From sequence record ON529860.1: DNA of 64,000 nt; one strand, 5' to 3'. Each line of letters begins with the position of its first letter. The first letter of the stretch is position 1. The notes below the pieces were generated by a model, which saw only the letters and a program-made list of their open reading frames with translations, did not search any database and was not told the DNA's origin. Below, in pieces: positions 39,503-45,540 of this stretch. Made by a program: the position numbers and the translations under genes.

Positions 39503-40888
39503 TCAGCCGCCGACGAGGCCGTCGTCGAACTCCATCGCCTCGACCTCACGGATATAGCGCAGGACGCTCTCCGAGAAGCCGTCGATGTGGACCCATCCGT
39601 TGCCGTAGCCGATGCCATTCGCATAGCTGGCGACGTTGATCATATAGGCCTTGCCGGCCTTGGGCGCCGGCAGTCGCCCGCCGCCCATGCCGCTGCTCAG
39701 CGTTCCCGACGCCTGTTCGTCGGTGATGACGATCAGGCGGTCGCAGGCGAACTGACGGTTCACCACGTCCACGGCCTGGGCCAGGGCGGTGCCCTGGTGC
39801 GGCTGCGAACGGATCACCGCCTCGACGCCCGCCATGCCCTTGCGGGCCGGGACCTCGACCAGACCGTTGGAGAAGGTCACGACGCGCACGTCGCCCGGCA
39901 GGATCGCCGCCAGCGTCGCCGCCGCATCCATCCGGGTCAGGTCCGACTTTCCGGACAGTTTTTGCCGCATGGAGTAGGAGACGTCGACCATGACCACGGT
40001 CGAACCCTTCAAGGGTTCGGCCTGATCAATCGTCGCCACGAGGGCGTCGTCCAGCGCCCGCTCGAACGAGGGCGCATAACGCGCCGCCGCCGTGAAGCGG
40101 AAGGGCAGGACGCGGTCCGCGCCCTTGCGCGCGCGGATCGCAGCATTGACCAGATCGCGGTCGACGCCGGCCTGATCCATGTTGCGCAGGTTGCGCAGCA
40201 GGGCGAGGTAGCCCAGCTTTCCGTCGGCCAGCAGACGCGTGAACGTCGCCTTCTTGTCGGCGCCGCCCGACAGGGCGACTTCCCAGGTGTCGGGCGCCGT
40301 CAGTTCATTGTCGACCAGCTTCTTGTAGAGGGCCTCGCGGTCGTCGTTCGCCGGCTTGGCGTGCGCCAGGAACAGAACGTCGCGCAGGCGCACGGACTTG
40401 GCCCGGTCGTACTTGGCGATCTGATAGGCGTCGAAGTTGCCGAAGGCCAGCGACAGCCCCTTCTTCACCTGAGCGGACAGCGGCGCCTTCTTGCCGTCGG
40501 CGCGCACCGGGTTGAGCGCCCAGTAGAGGGCCAGGAACTCGCTCAGTTCATCGGCGCGTTGGATGACGCGGGCGATGGTCAGCGACACCAGGGCCGAGCC
40601 GGACCCGCGTTGGGCCAGAACGACGAGCAGCAGAAGGGGGACGTGACGCAGCTTGGCGTCCTCACGCGCTTCAATCGCGATCTGGGCGAGGGTCTCGACC
40701 GGAACTTCCTTGGCGAGGCTCTGGATACGGTCGGCGATCGACACGCCGCTCTCGTAGAAATTGTCTTCCCACAGCAGGCAGGACATGACCGACCGGCGCA
40801 GGGCCTGGGTCTTGGTCATCCGATCGGCCGGTGCGCCTTCATGGGTGCGCGCGGTGGTCGTCTTGGGCTTTGCGTTGATCGACGCCAT
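39503..40888 (-). CDS. rsr: Ro60/TROVE-domain RNA-binding protein with vWA C-terminus
   Basis: RSVMSCLLWEDNFYE, LRHVPL, QRADEL, YQIAKY, TWEVALS, YLALLRNLRNM, DVSYSM (MIDAS), VITDEQ. AGGAG RBS. Confidence 0.93.
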   Translation of the reverse strand: MASINAKPKTTTARTHEGAPADRMTKTQALRRSVMSCLLWEDNFYESGVSIADRIQSLAKEVPVETLAQIAIEAREDAKLRHVPLLLLVVLAQRGSGSALVSLTIARVIQRADELSEFLALYWALNPVRADGKKAPLSAQVKKGLSLAFGNFDAYQIAKYDRAKSVRLRDVLFLAHAKPANDDREALYKKLVDNELTAPDTWEVALSGGADKKATFTRLLADGKLGYLALLRNLRNMDQAGVDRDLVNAAIRARKGADRVLPFRFTAAARYAPSFERALDDALVATIDQAEPLKGSTVVMVDVSYSMRQKLSGKSDLTRMDAAATLAAILPGDVRVVTFSNGLVEVPARKGMAGVEAVIRSQPHQGTALAQAVDVVNRQFACDRLIVITDEQASGTLSSGMGGGRLPAPKAGKAYMINVASYANGIGYGNGWVHIDGFSESVLRYIREVEAMEFDDGLVGG

Positions 40889-40910
40889 AATGGGTCCCCT
40901 CCTCGTCTGG

Positions 40911-41088
40911 TCAAGCGACCAAGAGGTCGGGGAGGAACAAGCACGAGCCCGGTTCATCCGGTGCGTCTACCACTTCCGCCACCTGCACCAGAGATGCAGG
41001 CCAGGACTTGAACCTGGATACCCTTGACGGGCGCCGGCTCCAGCGAAGTATAGGCTCGTTACGCCATCCCCGACCTCGCGGTCAGTGA
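40911..41088 (-). ncRNA. Y-RNA-like element D: permuted class-II (Leu-like) tRNA mimic
   Basis: Terminal stem GAGGTCGGGGA/TCCCCGACCTC, variable arm, T arm CCAGG-TTCAAGT-CCTGG, looped acceptor CCTGCAT/GTGCAGG, D arm GCG-GAAGTGGTAGA-CGC. Confidence 0.8.
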
Positions 41089-41090
41089 AC

Positions 41091-41233
41091 TCCGGCGCTC
41101 TGGTAGGAAGGCGGGGGAACATGCGCGACCGGATGCGGGATCGAACCGCGAGACCGGGGGTTTGAATCCCGGCTTATCAACCAGCGATGTAACCGACCGC
41201 TCTCACCACCCGCCCACCAACCAGGGCGCCGGA
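41091..41233 (-). ncRNA. Y-RNA-like element C: non-permuted tRNA mimic within a long stem
   Basis: TCCGGCGC/GCGCCGGA closing helix. Core 41125-41200 with 8-bp acceptor, T arm GCGG-TTCGATC-CCGC, loop ATTCAAA, no CCA. Confidence 0.65.
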
Positions 41234-41241
41234 AAAGCAGA

Positions 41242-41396
41242 AACATGAAGGCGGCGGGGGAATAAGCGACCCCACTCTTTTTTAGGCGTGCTACCGTTAC
41301 ACCAAACGCCGCTAGGCGACGTTGCGGAATCGAACCGCTCATCCCGCTCCACATGCGATGAAAGTGACGTCTATCGCCACCCACCGCCTTCATGTT
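41242..41396 (-). ncRNA. Y-RNA-like element B (YrlA-type)
   Basis: 13-bp stem AACATGAAGGCGG/CCGCCTTCATGTT, T arm, looped acceptor, D arm GTGT-AACGGTA-GCAC. Confidence 0.8.
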
Positions 41397-41404
41397 GTTG
41401 GCTC

Positions 41405-41579
41405 AGAAGCGTGTGGTGGATCGACAGGGGAACCGGCGGAAAGGCGCCGTTTGGACTATCGTTCTACCAACTGAACTACCGCCGCGCCCGAAGGTGCGCC
41501 GAGTGGGATTCGAACCCACGACCTACAGTTTGCGAAGAAGGCCTCTCCCTCACCACCTGTCGATCCGCCACACGCTTCT
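41405..41579 (-). ncRNA. Y-RNA-like element A (YrlA-type)
   Basis: 24-bp terminal stem with one mismatch. ACTGT-AGGTC-GTGGG-TTCGAAT-CCCAC, acceptor capped by cUUCGg, D arm GTTC-AGTTGGTA-GAAC, ATAGT. Confidence 0.88.
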
Positions 41580-41763
41580 CAACCCTGTCCTAGACAGACC
41601 CGAGGACCCAACCCCGGACGAGGAACCGAAGTTCCCCGGCGGGATCAGGATCGTCCGGGAATAGGCGGAACCGAGAGCGGGGCCAAGGCCCCCACGTACC
41701 AAAAACGAAGAACTCGGTCCCTGTCGCCACGGACAATGACTGTGTGCCCGATCCCGGTTCAGG

Positions 41764-41780
41764 TGTCAACAACAACGGCA
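41764..41780 (-). promoter_or_regulatory. Promoter (-35 region) of the Y-RNA/Ro60 unit
   Basis: TGCCGT-N5-TTGACA. The -10 element is not clear. Confidence 0.55.
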
Positions 41781-41801
41781 GAAAAAGTTGAGATTACCGG
41801 C

Positions 41802-41835
41802 AAAAAGAAAACCCCCGGCCGAAGCCAGGGGTTTC
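41802..41835 (-). terminator. Terminator after repressor gene
   Basis: AAACCCC..GGGGGTTTTCTTTTT on minus strand. Confidence 0.75.
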
Positions 41836-41867
41836 CACGACATCTGACGTCGGCGGGGGTTCCAGGG

Positions 41868-42647
41868 TCAGACGCCGATCTTGCCCACCACCTTGCCCAG
41901 CAGGGTGAGGCTCTTGGCCGGAACGTCGCGGTGGCTGCGACGGTCCTGATCGAAAATGCGGTAGGGGCCGTTGGCGCTGGGGCGGGTCAGGTGGTCGACG
42001 CGGACCTCGCCGTCCAGGGCGTAGACAAAGGTGGCGCCGGTGGGGGTGGGGGTCGCCTCGCGTTGGACGAAGGCCATTTCGCCCGGTTGCAGGTTCTCGG
42101 CGAAATCGTCGATTCGGATCAGGGCGAGGGATTCGGTCGGCACGTCGAACTGGGTTTGCAGCCAATCGGCGAACATGGGCCAGGCGCGGGCGGCGGTGAA
42201 TCCCTTGCGGACGCCGAAGTATTCCACCTCTTGCAGGGTGACGAGGTCGTCGATCCCGTCGGCCAGCCACTGCGGCGCGGTTTGCAGCGCCTCGGCCAGA
42301 ATGTCTTCCTTCTGGGTGCCGAACGCCAGCCATTCCGGCGAACATTGCAGCGCCTCGGCCAGGGTCACGATCTTGTCAATGTCCGGCAAGACGTCGCCGG
42401 TCTCATACATGCAGTAGGCCGAGCGGGACAGCACCTTCCACTCGCCCTGGCGTTTGTTGAAGAACCTGATCTTGGCCGCCACTTCGGCCTGGGACATGTC
42501 CAGTTCCATGCGGCGCGACGTCATGCGCTCCTGCATGGTGGTGGGATTATCGATCATCCCCTTGAGCGAACCCTTGCGATGCATGGGTCCCTTCTCCTTG
42601 ACAACGGCAGACTTGGTCGTGCGGGTCGCTTCCAGCGTGCTCGGCAT
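41868..42647 (-). CDS. XRE/CI-like repressor (HTH plus S24-like C-domain)
   Basis: RRMELDMSQAEVAAK..YETG..P..I..LA.AL..SPEWL.FG. beta-rich C-domain. Confidence 0.8.
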   Translation of the reverse strand: MPSTLEATRTTKSAVVKEKGPMHRKGSLKGMIDNPTTMQERMTSRRMELDMSQAEVAAKIRFFNKRQGEWKVLSRSAYCMYETGDVLPDIDKIVTLAEALQCSPEWLAFGTQKEDILAEALQTAPQWLADGIDDLVTLQEVEYFGVRKGFTAARAWPMFADWLQTQFDVPTESLALIRIDDFAENLQPGEMAFVQREATPTPTGATFVYALDGEVRVDHLTRPSANGPYRIFDQDRRSHRDVPAKSLTLLGKVVGKIGV

Positions 42648-42983
42648 TTCGTATAGTCCTCTTCTCAGGCGACCGGTCTCCCGGCCTGCGGCGCCATGTC
42701 AACAGCGGTAACCGCGACTGACAGGAATGGTTGCAGAGGCTTGTAACGATTGTCTGGCAACGAATCAACGCCAGACAACGAAAAAACCCCGGCGACACGC
42801 AAAATCAGCGCGGCCGCCGGGGCTTCAACCATCAGTATGAGGCGATCTTGTGACGAACTTGCGGACGTTAAATGCCCGCCCGAACACGGATATTGGTGTT
42901 TTTCCTGACGGAAGCCGCCAAACATCCTCACAGGGTTGGGGTGCGACAATCTGCCTCACCCTAATCCACGCAACTTTACGCGA

Positions 42984-43628
42984 TCAGGCTTGACCGGTGG
43001 AACCGAATCCGCCTGCGCCCCGCGCCGTGGGGCTCAAGGCCTCCACCTCCACCCAGCGCGCCTGGACGACCGGCGCCACCACGGCCTGGGCGATTCGATC
43101 GCCGCGTGCGATGTGGAACGTCTCCTCGCCGGCATTGAACAGGATGACCTTGATCTCGCCGCGATAGTCGGCGTCGATCGTGCCTGGCGCATTCAGGACG
43201 AAGACGCCGTGTTTGGCCGCCAGGCCCGATCGCGACCGGACCTGGAGTTCATACCCGGCGGGGACGGCGACATTGAACCCCGTGGGCACCATGGCCCGCG
43301 CGCCCGGCTTGAGATAGATGCTGGAGTGCTCCATGATCGCCGCCCGCAGGTCCATGCCGGCGGCCTGGGCCGTCTCATAGGCCGGCATGGGCAGATCGAC
43401 GCCATAGGGCAGGGCGACGAACTCGATCGGCACGGCCTTGTCGAGCCCATGCAGGTAGAGCGCGGCGTCGTGCCAGGTCATCCGCGTGCCCGAGGGCAGG
43501 ACGACGACGTCCTGCTCGCCGTAACCGACGTGGATGTTGTCGAAGCCGGCGGCGACGAACTGCCGACGCAGGGCCTCGGCCGCCTCATGGCGACCGGACC
43601 GCACGTACTGGATCAGAACCTCGCTCAC
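42984..43628 (-). CDS. dut: Trimeric dUTPase with N-terminal extension
   Basis: [36 protein letters not shown]. Confidence 0.93.
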   Translation of the reverse strand: MSEVLIQYVRSGRHEAAEALRRQFVAAGFDNIHVGYGEQDVVVLPSGTRMTWHDAALYLHGLDKAVPIEFVALPYGVDLPMPAYETAQAAGMDLRAAIMEHSSIYLKPGARAMVPTGFNVAVPAGYELQVRSRSGLAAKHGVFVLNAPGTIDADYRGEIKVILFNAGEETFHIARGDRIAQAVVAPVVQARWVEVEALSPTARGAGGFGSTGQA

Positions 43629-44959
43629 GCGGTCAGGACCTTTTCGAGTTCGGCCGCGCCGCCGAGGAAATCGGCCTCGTGGAAGAACTCCTCGGTGCCG
43701 ACGCCGACACCGGCGTGGACGGCGCCGACGTCGAACACCAGCGGGAAGGTGCGCCAGCCCGGTTTGGCTGCTTCCTTGAGACGCGCGCGTTCTTCCGCGT
43801 CCTCGATCAGATGGAACTCGACCTTATGGTCCGATCCCAGCAGCAGGGCCTTGGCCTTGTCGCAGTAGGGGCAGTTCGGCATGGTGTAGACCACGAACGC
43901 CTTCGGCAGGGCCGTAATCAGCGTCTTGGCGATCTTGCCGGCGCCGCCCTCGACCAGCAACGGACCGCGCTTCAGGAAGCTGAAGGCGTTATCCCAGCCC
44001 TGGGTCTCGCCCTTGCCGTATTCCGTCGAGCGCTGCTCGAAGAAGTTGGTGTGGGTCGGGGCGTTCATGATCCAGTCGAGCCAGTCGAACGGGTTCTCCT
44101 TGACGCCGTAGTTGGCCTTCAGGCCCAGTTGCAGCAGGCGGCGGTCGGCGATGTAACGGATATAGGCCTTGGCCTCGGCGGGCGTGACGCCCTCCACGCC
44201 GCCCAGGGAGAAGGCTTGGTCGATGAAGGCGTCTTCCAGGTCCACCATGTCGCGGCAGGCCTGATAGATGCGCTGCTTGGTCTCGTCGTTCCAGATGCGC
44301 GGATGCTCCTTGATCAGTTCGTGGAGCAGCTTGATCATCGATTCGACGTGGTGGCTCTCATCGCGGATCGACCACTCGACGATCGTCGTCATGCCCTTCA
44401 TCAGGCCGCGACGCTGGAACGACATCAGCAGGGCGAACGACGAGAACAACTGCATGCCTTCGCCGAAGGCCGAGAAGACGGCGATGTCGACGGCCAGATC
44501 GGAGATGCCCTTGCCGGTGTTGCGCTCGAACATGTATTCGTGCTTGGAGCGCATAGCGGCGTAGTCCTGGAACGCCTTGAACTCGATTTCAGGCAGGCCA
44601 AGCGTGTCGATCAGAGTTGCGTAGGCGTCGATATGGTTCGCCTCGGCAGCAATGAACGACCCGATCATCATGCGCAGTTCAGGATGTTGGAAGCGCAGGG
44701 CGTACTTCTCGAAGTAACCGCGCGCTACATCGACGTCCGCCTGAGTAAAGAACCGAAAAAGCTGGGTGAGGAGCGACTTTTCATTGTCGTTCAACTTCTT
44801 CTGCCAGTCCTTGACGTCTTCCGCCATAGGGGCTTCGTGCGGCAGCCAGTGCATGGACTGCATCGTCTTGTAGGCCTGGTAGGCCCAGGGGTAGGCGAAG
44901 GGCTTGTAGTAGTCGCGGGGCTCAAGGAGCGAAGGCTGAACGTGGGGGGCGGTGGTCAT
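43625..44959 (-). CDS. nrdB: Class I RNR beta subunit fused to glutaredoxin
   Basis: [30 protein letters not shown]-terminal CPYC domain. Confidence 0.92.
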   Translation of the reverse strand: MTTAPHVQPSLLEPRDYYKPFAYPWAYQAYKTMQSMHWLPHEAPMAEDVKDWQKKLNDNEKSLLTQLFRFFTQADVDVARGYFEKYALRFQHPELRMMIGSFIAAEANHIDAYATLIDTLGLPEIEFKAFQDYAAMRSKHEYMFERNTGKGISDLAVDIAVFSAFGEGMQLFSSFALLMSFQRRGLMKGMTTIVEWSIRDESHHVESMIKLLHELIKEHPRIWNDETKQRIYQACRDMVDLEDAFIDQAFSLGGVEGVTPAEAKAYIRYIADRRLLQLGLKANYGVKENPFDWLDWIMNAPTHTNFFEQRSTEYGKGETQGWDNAFSFLKRGPLLVEGGAGKIAKTLITALPKAFVVYTMPNCPYCDKAKALLLGSDHKVEFHLIEDAEERARLKEAAKPGWRTFPLVFDVGAVHAGVGVGTEEFFHEADFLGGAAELEKVLTA

Positions 44960-44966
44960 GTCTATC

Positions 44967-45536
44967 TCAGATGTGGATGGGGTCGGGGGCTTGGTTGCCC
45001 CACAGAGCCCAGCCGGGTCGGGCGCGGCGGGCGAAAAGTTCGATCTTGGACGCCTCGGGGTAGAGAGCCTCGATCCGTTCGTGGACGTCGTCCGGTTTGC
45101 GGGAATGTTCGGTTCGGGGCGCGAAGACGGTCTGGACCACCTTCTCGCTCGCCAGCTTCATCGGGCGGCCCTTGGCGACCGGAGAGGCCGCCAGGACGTA
45201 TTCGGTCAGCGGCTTCACGATGGAGGGGCGCACCCCCTGGGCGCCGATGGGCGTGCCGTCCATCTTGGTCTTGATCCAGACGAACGCCACGCCGCGATAG
45301 TGCAGCTTCCAGGCGCGCAGGCAGTCGATCGCGAAGTCGAGACGCGGCGCCGTCACCCACATGAACAGGACGCCGTTGTCGGACAGTAGCTGGCGCATGG
45401 GAAACGCCAGCAGGTCCGCGTCGGGCATCGTGGGGTAGTGGTTCGCCGCCGCGCCCATCTTGTCCTGCTGGCCGTGGTATTCCCACGGCGGGTCGGCCAG
45501 CACGACATCGAAGGTCCCCTGAGGGAGGGCGATCAC
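44967..45536 (-). CDS. MT-A70-family adenine methyltransferase
   Basis: LADPPW, LFMW, W.K, HSRKP, KIELFAR, WGNQ. Confidence 0.88.
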   Translation of the reverse strand: MIALPQGTFDVVLADPPWEYHGQQDKMGAAANHYPTMPDADLLAFPMRQLLSDNGVLFMWVTAPRLDFAIDCLRAWKLHYRGVAFVWIKTKMDGTPIGAQGVRPSIVKPLTEYVLAASPVAKGRPMKLASEKVVQTVFAPRTEHSRKPDDVHERIEALYPEASKIELFARRARPGWALWGNQAPDPIHI

Positions 45537-45540
45537 GCCC

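Noticed and set aside
41125-41200. tRNA-Sec call for element C
   Set aside because: No long variable arm, no 6-bp D stem, no CCA, anticodon arm ambiguous. No sel genes in the window
40911-41579. Y array read as a CRISPR-like array or ordinary tRNA cluster
   Set aside because: No identical direct repeats. Arm order is permuted and no element ends in CCA
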